From the IMG/VR virus record IMGVR_UViG_3300018080_000154, positions 18,954 to 82,953 of that record: a stretch of 64,000 nt of DNA; one strand, given 5' to 3'. This document shows positions 28,794 through 38,922 of the stretch, in pieces. The stretch's first letter is position 1; each line of letters begins with the position of its first letter. The translations under genes were made by a program, and so were the position numbers. Origin of the DNA: a virus. Under the pieces are notes generated by a model. That model was not told the DNA's origin. It ran no database searches and saw only the letters and a list, made by a program, of their open reading frames with translations.

Positions 28794-30398
28794 TCATGGA
28801 TCTGTGTTGTTTATTTGATAAGTAAGAACGTTAATAAAATGTTGTGCAACGTCGGCTGGTGAGCCATTTGAACAAGATTTAGAAATCACACCAATTCCCG
28901 TTCCACTTAAAATACAAAGAGCCATAGTCCATTTTGCAAAACCAAGTTCGTCGCCTTTTGTAGCAAAATATTTTTCCATTTCTTCTGCAACTTTAGATAT
29001 TTTATCAATGCAAGTGTTTATGTCTTTAGCGTCTTGTAATTGTTCGTGTGTACTATCGTCTGGTCGTGTGAATGGTAAAACTCTTCCCATTTGATCTGGA
29101 TTTGACTTTAGAAAATTATTCACAAAATCTTGAATGTCATCTTTCATAATCTACTCGCTTCCCAACCGGTAACCGATCTATCTATATCGTAATGTGTTCC
29201 AAAAAGTTTGTTTGCACAAAATCTAAAATGTGCAGGAAGACTTTTAGCTAAATAATGAGAAGGTGTGTATTTATTGTAAATACCGTGTTCTTTCATTTGT
29301 TCAACTATTTTTATCAAGTCCTCGTTTCCCATTGCGTCCCATTTGCTCATATTAAGATCAATATCCCACCAAAGTGGTAAATTGTTTTCGGCCCATTGTA
29401 GAATTCGTCTTGATCTTTCAAGTTTGGTTACCACCGTTGTTCTGTATCTATGTTTACCCATCTTACATGTCCGAAAGACGTTTTTTCAGTATCATCAACT
29501 TTTCTTTTGCATCTATAAGAGCTTTTTGTATTCCTTCTATTGCAGTTGCAACGTCTACGCGTATTTCAAGAGGTTCAACGTGTGTTCTTTTTATCTGTAT
29601 CGAAAAACTCTTTACCTCTTCCTTTCGAGACTCGGTTGTGTATTCCAATGCTCTTTCAAGTCGACTTACTTCTGATTCAGCCTCACCGATTTCTTGCCGT
29701 AGTTTGTTTGCACGTTCAAGTGTTTCAATATCCATGTTTTCTCCTACACCAAGATATTGTACATTTATTTTAACGCAGTATTTTTGATTTTGTCCATTGC
29801 GTCTTTGTTTGTTTTATTCAATTGATTTGTCAACATCTTTAACGACGATTGAATTTCATCATTGATTTCCAACGCCCCGTGTTCTTCCTGTTTGTACGTA
29901 AGTGTTTTAATACGTGACACAGGAATTGCAAGATTTTTTCCAACCAACAAAAAACCTGAAATCTGTCGATGTTCTAAAACTTTTTTGATGTTTACTTTGT
30001 TGACCTGAACATGTCTTGTTTTGTAGTCATACGCAGCGTATCCCCAGTCAACCATTTTTATTTTATCACCGTCCATTGTCTCAATCTCTGTGGTGATTTT
30101 TCCAACGTTGTATTTCTTACCGGTTGGAATTTCCGATTTCGTTTTTGATTTTTGTCTAAAAAATGGGATTTTCATTTTTGATTTCCTATTCATCGTCGTT
30201 TATTGTACCAAAATAGCAGTTTTTTGGTAACTGATACGGTTCCGTTATCTGAAGGTTTCTAACTCGTAGTTGTTGACCTTTATTCTCAACAATCGATGGA
30301 CCAGTAAATGATCCTGTTTTTTCTGAACCGTCTTCAAGAATAAAAGTAATGTGAACAGTTTGACAAGATTTGTTATCTATTTTATCTGTCATAAGCAA
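28794..30398 (-). CDS. run of five small hypothetical ORFs (28794-29147, 29144-29461, 29463-29735, 29765-30193, 30186-30398)
   Basis: Tightly packed, SD motifs, same strand. Confidence 0.55.
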
Positions 30399-30777
30399 TG
30401 TTTCTCTTTTGTTCTTCTAAAAGTTTTCTTTCCGACTCAAGGTCTCTTTCATTTGCCTCGGTCTCGGTAAATTTGTCTTTGTATCTAAGTTTTAATTTAT
30501 TGATGTTTGTCTCCATTATTTGCTCAAGAGACACGTCTAAAGATCTTGCCGCTAATGCCATATACCACATCACGTCACCAAGTTCTTCGATTAGATTTAC
30601 ACGATCAAGTTTTTGACCATAGAAAAAATTCTTTTTTAGACAATCGACAAACTCACCAGTCTCTGTTGCAAGACCAAAACCTGCGTGCATTAAATCTATG
30701 TCTACTCTTTTAGCAACAAGTTCTCTATCTATCTCTGCTGTTCTACTAGAATCAATTACGTATCGTGTGGCGTCCAT
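30382..30777 (-). CDS. MazG-like nucleotide pyrophosphohydrolase
   Basis: GLATETGEFVD..KK, EELGDVMWY, NINKLKLRY; GGAG SD before ATG 30777. Confidence 0.88.
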   Translation of the reverse strand: MDATRYVIDSSRTAEIDRELVAKRVDIDLMHAGFGLATETGEFVDCLKKNFFYGQKLDRVNLIEELGDVMWYMALAARSLDVSLEQIMETNINKLKLRYKDKFTETEANERDLESERKLLEEQKRNIAYDR

Positions 30778-31120
30778 GTTTGTAGTGTCTCCATGCATAA
30801 TGTTTTCTTGTGTACATGTAATTTTCATCGTATTGGTTGGCATAAGCCTCTCGTTCGAGTCTAATATTTAGATACGCCTTAACGTGACTCTTTTTACGTA
30901 TCAGACGATTTAATAGATAGTCGTATGCATATATGAGATAAAAACCGACGACAAGTGTCTCCGTATATTGTCGAATGTGTATTTTTTCATGATTTAAAAG
31001 AATTTGATCAAAATAATCTAGCTTTACAAAAATAAATGGCCAAATTGTAATTGCATCGATTGGCATTTTCTTACTAATCAATTTTGGTAACCAATGATTG
31101 TACTTTACAATACCGTCCAT
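30752..31120 (-). CDS. small HExxH zincin-like protein
   Basis: AITIWPFIF, NHEKIHIRQ, LEREAY. Confidence 0.7.
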   Translation of the reverse strand: MDGIVKYNHWLPKLISKKMPIDAITIWPFIFVKLDYFDQILLNHEKIHIRQYTETLVVGFYLIYAYDYLLNRLIRKKSHVKAYLNIRLEREAYANQYDENYMYTRKHYAWRHYKHGRHTIRN

Positions 31121-31897
31121 TTACTCACCACCCTTCTTACACGCACAACCACCAGAAAGTTTCTCAATCTTGTTCTTCAACTCTTCTATTTCTAATCCAA
31201 GTTCATGAATTTTGTTGTCCCGTATTGATACTCGTTCCCAAAGAATAAGTTTTACAGATGCAAGTTCCTCGTCAAGATATTCTTTGAAAACTTCTCGTAT
31301 TTTTGATTTGACTTTACGTATGATCTTCATGTCAACCTCATAAAGCACCCTGTCAAGATCAGGGTGCAAGTTTAAGCCAAAATTGGTAGGTTTGAAAAAC
31401 CATCTAACTTTTTTGATAGCAGGCAAGACGTTAGACTCTTGAACTGGGTCTGAACAAGAATTGTGAACACATATCTGATTTGCAATAAAATTGTGACAAT
31501 CTTTTATTTCCAAATCATACACATCAACACATTTATTTATTTCTAGTACACCAGTTATTGTTCTAAACTGTCTATGTAATATTTCACCACTTCCAAATGC
31601 AAGAACCCTTTGTCCATTGCTCAAATCCATTGCTTTTACATATTCACCACCTTCAACCCTTACCATGTGCTCTGGTGTCAAATCCACATAACCACCACTA
31701 TTTCCACCACCTGACCAATGCAACCTTAATACTTTTTTATTGCCTGTCCTACCTGACCACACAACTTTTTTAATATCTAATTCTCTGTTTTCATCATAAC
31801 AAAAAACATCATCACCAGCCTTTACATCCTCAATGGGAACTAAACCACGGACAACATCAATCATTGTTCCTTTTGCAAGACACATCCCAATCCACAC
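31121..31897 (-). CDS. Hint-domain-containing ORF with coiled-coil C-terminus
   Basis: Intein blocks followed by 112 residues of unknown function. Confidence 0.6.
   Translation of the reverse strand: MWIGMCLAKGTMIDVVRGLVPIEDVKAGDDVFCYDENRELDIKKVVWSGRTGNKKVLRLHWSGGGNSGGYVDLTPEHMVRVEGGEYVKAMDLSNGQRVLAFGSGEILHRQFRTITGVLEINKCVDVYDLEIKDCHNFIANQICVHNSCSDPVQESNVLPAIKKVRWFFKPTNFGLNLHPDLDRVLYEVDMKIIRKVKSKIREVFKEYLDEELASVKLILWERVSIRDNKIHELGLEIEELKNKIEKLSGGCACKKGGE
31460..31882 (-). mobile_element. mini-intein (141 aa, no endonuclease)
   Basis: Block A CLAKGTMI, block B LTPEH, block F VYDLEI..HNFIAN, terminal HN followed by Ser. Confidence 0.9.
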
Positions 31898-31898
31898 T

Positions 31899-33482
31899 TC
31901 ATTTCTTACTTGTTATCCAAATGTCATCGTTATCATCTTCATCGAATGATAAAACTCTTACCTTTCTTGTTTGTCCAGCAACCTTGACATCAACATTGTC
32001 AACTTTACATTCTGACGTGAAATTTTCTGTAAATGCTTCTATTCCTCGTTCCAAAATTTGTTCGGCTACCCATTCGCGTGCAGCATCTACAGATCCTTCA
32101 AAATCTTCCGAGCATGCAAAATCTTTTATTGATATCTCACATTTGACAACAACGTCAAGAGGTGTATGATCAATTAATCGAGTTGGTTTTCTGACTATTC
32201 CCATTACATGTCCTCCACAAATCATAATAATATTGTCTCGGTCTAGGTTTTCTTCCAGTCTCTGTATACATGTTGCGTACCGTTGCTATTGAACAACCAA
32301 CACGGCGTGAAACCTTTTCAAAACTCAAACCGCTATCATATAAGTTTACAACGTCGTCGATATCTACATGACGTGTTTTGAAACTTCTTCTTTTCATGAT
32401 CTTTTTATCTCAAAAACATGAAAAACTAAATCACCATGAGACAACTTAACCGTACCAAGATGTCGTAAAGTTCCATAGTCTTCTATTGGATGGCCCGTTC
32501 CAGCAATACGTATTTTGGTTTTTATTTTATCTTCTTTTCTATCTGCTACAACAGATGCCCAAAGACATATCTGGTCTCTTTGATTGTCGACGTGAAGTAT
32601 TTCTGCCGACTCTGGTAAATCAATTTCTTGATAGTCTGCAATCATTAAAGGGTATTTGAAAATTTTTCTCATTTATTTGACTCCCATTTCTTAAAAATAA
32701 GTTCTGCAACATGTATCACCATGTCAACAGCCTCTTCAACGGTTTTCCACGTATGTATGCTTAAAATACTGTACATATTTTTGAATGCTTCATCCCAAAC
32801 CATTGACGCTTTACCATCAAGTTTTTCTATTAGAAGATCGAATGCTTTGTCAGCATACTCTTCAGCCTCTTTGATGTCGACAATAGTTGAAGACGACAGA
32901 AATGCAACAATCAAATCTCCGTAATACGTTTCAATTAATTCGTCGACTTCAACATTTTCGTTCATTTCTTCCTGATCTTCATTTTCTTTTTTTGTTTCTT
33001 CTTTTGACATAAAGAATCTCCTTAAATGTGAAAATCATGAAAAGCATGGTTCAAATCTAGTTTCACGATGAATAATTTCAAAACTAGATGATAGTTGAGT
33101 ACCGCTTCTCATATATTCAATCTTATTTTTACAGTACGGACAAATTCGTTCGTACTTTGTTGTAAACATCTGACCTTCACATTTATCACCACCGGGTCCC
33201 AAACATTTTCTCCACTTTTTTTCTTCATGTGCAAACACAGATTTCGTCAGGTACTTACTCATAAGGTATCTCCTTTGAATGCCGTTTTTCGACCACGTCG
33301 TTTAGTATTGTACTGATTGGTCCACATTCTATTAGATATACACTTAGAGCATCACGTAAATCTTGTTCATCTACTTTCTTGATATTTGCAATATGTTCAA
33401 CTCTTTCACCAAAGAATTCGTACAGTATTTTATCTATTTTTTCTTTGTCTATTGTTTTTCCAGAGTTTTCATAAAGTTCCAT
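31899..33482 (-). CDS. run of small ORFs: 31899-32225, 32170-32397 (HTH), 32394-32672, 32669-33010, 33035-33262 (Zn finger), 33255-33482
   Basis: Coupled ORFs; GLSFEKVSRRVGCSIATV HTH; C..C..CPYC. Confidence 0.55.
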
Positions 33483-33485
33483 TTT

Positions 33486-33974
33486 TTAGTCTCCGTACAT
33501 GTATTCAATTACAAATCCAACGTACGGATGATCTTCCCATTTACCGCTGTATGGATGTTTTATTGCTTGGCCTATTCCTCTATTGTAGTAGTCTAACGCA
33601 AGTCTCCAGTCGTTTTTAGCCCATTCGATACATTGCGCAATGTATTTTGTCCCGTATTTAATATTTGTAGCAGGTTCTCTAAGTTTACTTAGGCTTCCTC
33701 TAAATCCAAGACCGTAAGCCGTTGAGTATTTCACCTGCATCAAACCATAACTCCATCCCTTCTTATTTGCATCTATTCCTGCAACGTCTGGTACACCACT
33801 AGATTCTTTTGCAATCATTGCCTCAACCAACAATGGATCGACATTGTATTGTGCTGAATATCTATCAATGAGTTTTGAATATCTTGATATGTTTTTTAGA
33901 TACTCAGATCTATCGATGTGGTTTGTTGCCAGCAAAAAGAAAGAAAAAAATATTATGATTGATTTTCTGTGCAT
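33486..33974 (-). CDS. lytic transglycosylase (SLT family) with N-terminal hydrophobic segment
   Basis: VDPLLVEAMIAKESSG, GLMQV, TNIKYGTKY, YYNRG. Confidence 0.9.
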   Translation of the reverse strand: MHRKSIIIFFSFFLLATNHIDRSEYLKNISRYSKLIDRYSAQYNVDPLLVEAMIAKESSGVPDVAGIDANKKGWSYGLMQVKYSTAYGLGFRGSLSKLREPATNIKYGTKYIAQCIEWAKNDWRLALDYYNRGIGQAIKHPYSGKWEDHPYVGFVIEYMYGD

Positions 33975-34240
33975 ACGGTTTCATCGTCCTTCTTATCTAT
34001 TATTTCTCTTTTATGTATTTTATTTATCACGGTAGCCTTCATGCTTTCAAATGATTTCTCGCTCATTATTTTCATCGACAGTGCCTTATCATTACCAGCG
34101 ATTGTACCATCTAAAGTCTTGCCCTTCTTTATTGTTTTAAGACCCAGATTTGACATAACAATGAAAACAGTATCACCCATTGGATAAAACGCTGCCATTG
34201 GTGATTTTCTTTTTGGTGGTCCCTTTTTATTTTCAGTCAA
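33953..34240 (-). CDS. hypothetical protein
   Basis: 95 aa, coupled. Confidence 0.5.
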   Translation of the reverse strand: MTENKKGPPKRKSPMAAFYPMGDTVFIVMSNLGLKTIKKGKTLDGTIAGNDKALSMKIMSEKSFESMKATVINKIHKREIIDKKDDETVCTENQS

Positions 34241-34399
34241 AACGTAACTCCCATTCCAATGATTACCGAGTAACTTTTATCTTTATTGCTTTTGCATATC
34301 TTTATTTTGATTTCTCTATCACCGCAGTGATTTTTCTTCTTTTTTGTATCCTCTTTTGTAAGAAAATACTTACCTATCCTAAATATTACATCGTACTCA

Positions 34400-34864
34400 C
34401 TACCCATGATTCGAGCTCCAACTAAATTGTTCAAACTCTGTATTAGATTGTTCGATTTGTTTTCGAATAAAATCAAACTCTTTACCAAGTTGATACGGTT
34501 CAGAGTAATAGACTTTCTTAATTCCACTGTTCAAAATAACTTTAGTACAATCTACGCAAGGTTGAGTCGTACAAAATAAAATAGAGCCTTCACATGAAAT
34601 TCCAAGACGTGCACATTGAATAATGCAATTCATCTCGGCATGAATACAATCAGCCAACTCAAGACGTTGACCGCTTTTAATTTTGAATTGTTCTCTTACA
34701 CATTTTTTTGGATGTGGTATCCCAGCAGGTACTCCATTGAAACCTGTCGCGATTATTCTTTTGTCCTTAACAAGAACCGCACCAACAGATCTTGAGCAAC
34801 ATGTACTCATTCTTGCACATTCTTGTGCAACGTTCATAAAAAATTCTAAATATCTTCTATTCAC
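34400..34864 (-). CDS. dCMP deaminase
   Basis: STC..VGAVLV..TGFNG, HAEMN, PCVDC; GAGG SD before GTG 34864. Confidence 0.92.
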   Translation of the reverse strand: MNRRYLEFFMNVAQECARMSTCCSRSVGAVLVKDKRIIATGFNGVPAGIPHPKKCVREQFKIKSGQRLELADCIHAEMNCIIQCARLGISCEGSILFCTTQPCVDCTKVILNSGIKKVYYSEPYQLGKEFDFIRKQIEQSNTEFEQFSWSSNHG

Positions 34865-34882
34865 TTCAACCTCTGTATTGTT

Positions 34883-34959
34883 TGACCGGGCGTGGAGTCG
34901 AACCACTTCACTGTGCCTCTCATTTCATCAAGGTCAGCCCCATCCAAGAGTCCCGGTCA
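34883..34959 (-). ncRNA. tRNA-like RNA / degenerate tRNA
   Basis: TGACCGGG/CCCGGTCA acceptor-like stem and GTGG-TTCGACT-CCAC T-arm; D and anticodon arms irregular. Confidence 0.6.
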
Positions 34960-34966
34960 TAATATT

Positions 34967-35857
34967 TCATCGCCTCATTCTTTGTTTTATGATTTCATTT
35001 TTCAACGAGTTGAAACCCAATCTTCTATATTGTCTCACCAGTTCGTCTTCATTGTACTCACCCAATACTTTTCTAACTGGTGTTCTTAGATTGTAGAAAT
35101 TTACAAGTTTATCATTAAGGATTATTCTTTCTTCGTTGTCCTTTATTGCTTGACCCCAACGAGTTCCCTTTGTCAAATCATTTGTGTCAACGTATGTTAT
35201 GACACCGTATATGTCATTGTACTCTCGTGCAAGTGATTGAATAAGTTTTGTAGGAAATCTTGGAATGCCTGGTACGTTATCAGATTTATCTCCTCTGAAG
35301 ATCTTAAAAAACACTATCTTACTTGGATGGGGTATTCCGTATTCTTTACATACGTCGTCGGATTTGAATATTTTTTCCTCTTTGCCTGGTCTCATTACGC
35401 AGACATTAGTATCGTCATCTACGAGTTGAAACCAATCACTATCACCTGTGACCAAAATGAGATGATCATTTTTTGAATAATCTTTCTTGTATCTTTCAGT
35501 AATGTAATATGCAACGTCATCGGCTTCATATCCCATTGCACTATATTGATCTACTCCAAGAAGTTTCAAACAATTTTTAAGAGTTTCTACTTCTTCTAGA
35601 AAATCAGGAAACCAATCCGGTTTATCCTCTCTATTTGCCTTGTAAGTTGGATCAAGCTTTTTTCTTTTTGTAGGCATTTTATCCCAACAAAAAATTACTT
35701 TGTAGTCAGGGTAATTTCTCATCATTCTTTTAACGCTACAAATTGTACCGTAGATTGCACCAGTACATTTGCCTTCTTTATTTTTAAGATCTTTCATAAC
35801 GAAACGATTACGATACGCAACATGCATACCATCAAATACAATTAGTCTCTTACCCAT
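34967..35857 (-). CDS. 5'-3' exonuclease / flap endonuclease
   Basis: FDG, YKANR, GYEADD, TGDSD..QL, GDKSDNVPGI. Confidence 0.92.
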   Translation of the reverse strand: MGKRLIVFDGMHVAYRNRFVMKDLKNKEGKCTGAIYGTICSVKRMMRNYPDYKVIFCWDKMPTKRKKLDPTYKANREDKPDWFPDFLEEVETLKNCLKLLGVDQYSAMGYEADDVAYYITERYKKDYSKNDHLILVTGDSDWFQLVDDDTNVCVMRPGKEEKIFKSDDVCKEYGIPHPSKIVFFKIFRGDKSDNVPGIPRFPTKLIQSLAREYNDIYGVITYVDTNDLTKGTRWGQAIKDNEERIILNDKLVNFYNLRTPVRKVLGEYNEDELVRQYRRLGFNSLKNEIIKQRMRR

Positions 35858-36084
35858 CGTTCTACACCTTCAAGCATATTTTCAAGGGCATCGACCTGTT
35901 TTTGTGATGCCCTTCTATTTTCATTTATCCATGTTGAAATACTTTCTGCTCGTTCTCTTACTGACTCAATGAATTCTATTCCTTCATCTGGTATTTCTGG
36001 TCCAAAAACAGTTGAGTTGCAACAATCAATAACTTGCTTTACTAAATCTCTAGCCTGACAAAGTAATTGAAGACGATTTCCCAT
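35842..36084 (-). CDS. hypothetical protein
   Basis: 80 aa, coupled. Confidence 0.6.
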   Translation of the reverse strand: MGNRLQLLCQARDLVKQVIDCCNSTVFGPEIPDEGIEFIESVRERAESISTWINENRRASQKQVDALENMLEGVERWVRD

Positions 36085-36667
36085 TCAATATCTCCTCTAC
36101 GTCGTTCCAAAGTACTCGACCTATTCCAATAGCATCTGCAATGTCGTTGTCTTTGTATTCCAAATTAAGGTTATACAATTCATTCACAACCTTAACGGTC
36201 ATGTACTTTATGTCTTTCTTTACTTTCTTGCCATTCACTATCTCATATTCGTAGACTCTCTTTTTTTCTTTTCTAATCTTACCAGTTCTCTTGTTTTTGA
36301 CCTCACCATCTTTGTACGAATATTTTGGTGCCTTAATACCTAATCGACTTCTCCACGTTGCGTTATGATACATCTCAACTTCATTTCCAGTCATGTCGTA
36401 AACCAACTCATGAAGTATTCCGTGCATTCTCAAAAGTGCAATGCTTGTTTTAAAGTTACTAGAAAAATTCAGTTCTTCCATTGCAACATGTTGTACACTA
36501 TACATCTCAATTGTTTGAACTACAGCCTTTCTAGCACGATGTAGAAATTCACCAATGCCTTCTCCCTTTTTTGAAGTAATTTTTACCTTTGACAGTAACG
36601 TACCATTTTTCAAAACAGCAAGACCAGTGCTATGATATGAAACGTCTACACCCATTACGATAGGCAT
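36050..36667 (-). CDS. ruvC: RuvC-like Holliday junction resolvase
   Basis: GVDVS..STG, AMEE, DIADAIGIG. Confidence 0.85.
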   Translation of the reverse strand: MPIVMGVDVSYHSTGLAVLKNGTLLSKVKITSKKGEGIGEFLHRARKAVVQTIEMYSVQHVAMEELNFSSNFKTSIALLRMHGILHELVYDMTGNEVEMYHNATWRSRLGIKAPKYSYKDGEVKNKRTGKIRKEKKRVYEYEIVNGKKVKKDIKYMTVKVVNELYNLNLEYKDNDIADAIGIGRVLWNDVEEILNGKSSSITLSG

Positions 36668-38922
36668 CTTATTTTGCTTCCTTCCGATGTTTTTATTATC
36701 GATATCTGTTGGTCGATCATTTTTTTAAGTCTATAATCTTGACTTATGAGAAATATTTTTTTGAAACCAAAATCCATGTGCAATTCATGTAACAAATCTA
36801 CAAGAGTTTCTCTACCTTCATCATCCAATGCACTGCAAACCTCATCTAAGAAAAGCGTCTCCAATTGATGACCACTTCTTTGAAGTAGAAAAACAGCATA
36901 ACCAATATGTATTGCAAAATCAGCACGATTCTTTTCACCACCACTGTAAAGAGCATACTTGTAAGTTTTGTTATCAAGCGTCAACATCAAATCCATTGCA
37001 TCACTTTTAACGTACTCACCATCTGCGTCTTTGTGTTTGAGTGTTTTTTCTGTTTGAAATTCGATAGACATTCTACCGTTTGACAATTTATCTAGAAAAG
37101 AATTCGTGTTGTCTTGTATTTCTGGTATTGCATTTTCAATTAAAACATGAGGAATATCTTTTGAAAGAAGATCGATAGAAAAATCTATTACGTTCTTGTC
37201 TTCCTCCAAGGAGATTACCTCTTTTTTAAGATCCGAAACCTTAGAAAACTGGTCAGATAGGTGGTCCCTAGAGACGTCCAAACCTCGTTTCTGGGCGGCC
37301 GAGTCCCCCAATTTGCGTGTTATATCCCCACAGTGCTCCTCTTCCTCCCTGAGGACGTCTGAGGCGGCCCCATACCTGTCCATTAGGCCGTTAGCGGCAG
37401 TAATATGATCGGCCATGTCGGAACGTTTCTGACGACGTTTTTGGATGTCCTTTTCGTACGCCGTTATTGATTTCAGGTATGAGTCTATTTGGGTTTTAAA
37501 TTTCTCTATTTGTATTTCACATCTTTGAAGACCATCTTTGTATTCATCTCTTTTTTTGATTACCTTTTCAATTGTTTTCTCAACATCTTCTTTTTGTTCT
37601 AAATCTTCTTCGCATTCTTCAATTGATTTTTCGATTACTTTTTTCTTCTTTTCTATTGCGTTATTCTTGGCAACGTATTTTTTTATCTCATCGTCAATTT
37701 CTTTTATCCGTTGCTTCTTTCTTTCTTCTGTGCCAAATGGGCAATCATCGTGATCACATTTCACTACGGCAACGTTTTCACGATCCTCTCTTAGTCTACT
37801 TAGCTGAGCAGTATTTTTAGATATTTGTCCAACTAACTCCATTTTTTCTTTGTCAAGTTTTCTCATTTTTGAAACATCAACTTCAGGTATCGTAGCCTTA
37901 AGTTCTTTGATGTTGCGTACACAATAGTCGTAGTCAATTTTCCTGGTTGTTTTCTTTTCATTTTCTTTTTTGTATTGTCTACGTGCAAAGTCGAGTTTAC
38001 CATTTTCATTTTCAATAACAGTCTCGAGGTCTTCTATTTCTTTATCTATTGCTTCTATTTTTTCCTCAATGTCAGCATATTTACCAAGTTCGACTTCTAA
38101 CTCGTTTACTTCCTTTTGTGTCTTCTTTATTTTAGCCTTTGATTTTTTCAGTTTCGTTTTCAATGATCGGATGGTCATTGTAAGATTTGCAATCTCTTTT
38201 TTGGTTGATTTTAATTGTTCCTCAATTTCAGATATTTCACCAACGTCGTCAAGGACTGCAAACTTGTTTGAAATTTTTTCTTTGACAATCTTTAATCGAT
38301 CTTTGCACGATTGGGCGTAGTCGTGCCATTTTTGTAAGAAAAGAGCAATTTTGAAAAGATCTTCTCTTTCTGTTTTTGACGATCTTGCAAAAGTATTCGT
38401 ATTGCCTTGTTCACATAAGACACTATTGTGAAACAAATCACAATTGCAATTAATAGTATCATCAATCCTATGCTGGGTTCGGTTGATTGCAGTTTCACGT
38501 TTACCGGTCCTTTTGTTTACTCCGGCTGAAAGCGATAAGTCCTTCCACTTTTTTCCAGATTTAATAAATATTTGTAGAGAAGTATTCCCACCAAGCTTCC
38601 TGCTTCGTGTCACTCTATACTCATTATTATTCATTTCAAATTGGACCATCACCTTACAACGTTCCGCTCTTTTTTCTCCTTCAATAATGTGGATGACGTC
38701 ATCCTTGACTAACTCTTTGTCGAACACGTTTCTTGTTCTTCCAAAAAGACTCCACATCAGTGCATCAAAGATGCTGCTCTTCCCTGCTCCATTCGACTCC
38801 TTTTCACTTCCAGACTCGTCGTTGATACCTGTAATTAAAATTACACCAGACATGTCGGTGAAGTCGAAAGTTTCTTGACGATAGCCAAGAAAATTTGTAA
38901 TTTCAATTTTCGTTACATTCAT
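36655..38922 (-). CDS. sbcC: SbcC/Rad50/gp46-like SMC ATPase
   Basis: NFLGY, NGAGKSS, Q-loop EQG, long coiled coil, YSGGE, LFLDE. Confidence 0.93.
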   Translation of the reverse strand: MNVTKIEITNFLGYRQETFDFTDMSGVILITGINDESGSEKESNGAGKSSIFDALMWSLFGRTRNVFDKELVKDDVIHIIEGEKRAERCKVMVQFEMNNNEYRVTRSRKLGGNTSLQIFIKSGKKWKDLSLSAGVNKRTGKRETAINRTQHRIDDTINCNCDLFHNSVLCEQGNTNTFARSSKTEREDLFKIALFLQKWHDYAQSCKDRLKIVKEKISNKFAVLDDVGEISEIEEQLKSTKKEIANLTMTIRSLKTKLKKSKAKIKKTQKEVNELEVELGKYADIEEKIEAIDKEIEDLETVIENENGKLDFARRQYKKENEKKTTRKIDYDYCVRNIKELKATIPEVDVSKMRKLDKEKMELVGQISKNTAQLSRLREDRENVAVVKCDHDDCPFGTEERKKQRIKEIDDEIKKYVAKNNAIEKKKKVIEKSIEECEEDLEQKEDVEKTIEKVIKKRDEYKDGLQRCEIQIEKFKTQIDSYLKSITAYEKDIQKRRQKRSDMADHITAANGLMDRYGAASDVLREEEEHCGDITRKLGDSAAQKRGLDVSRDHLSDQFSKVSDLKKEVISLEEDKNVIDFSIDLLSKDIPHVLIENAIPEIQDNTNSFLDKLSNGRMSIEFQTEKTLKHKDADGEYVKSDAMDLMLTLDNKTYKYALYSGGEKNRADFAIHIGYAVFLLQRSGHQLETLFLDEVCSALDDEGRETLVDLLHELHMDFGFKKIFLISQDYRLKKMIDQQISIIKTSEGSKIRCLS

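Noticed and set aside
34865-34906. N-terminal extension of the dCMP deaminase ORF
   Set aside because: Overlaps the tRNA-like element; SD supports GTG at 34864
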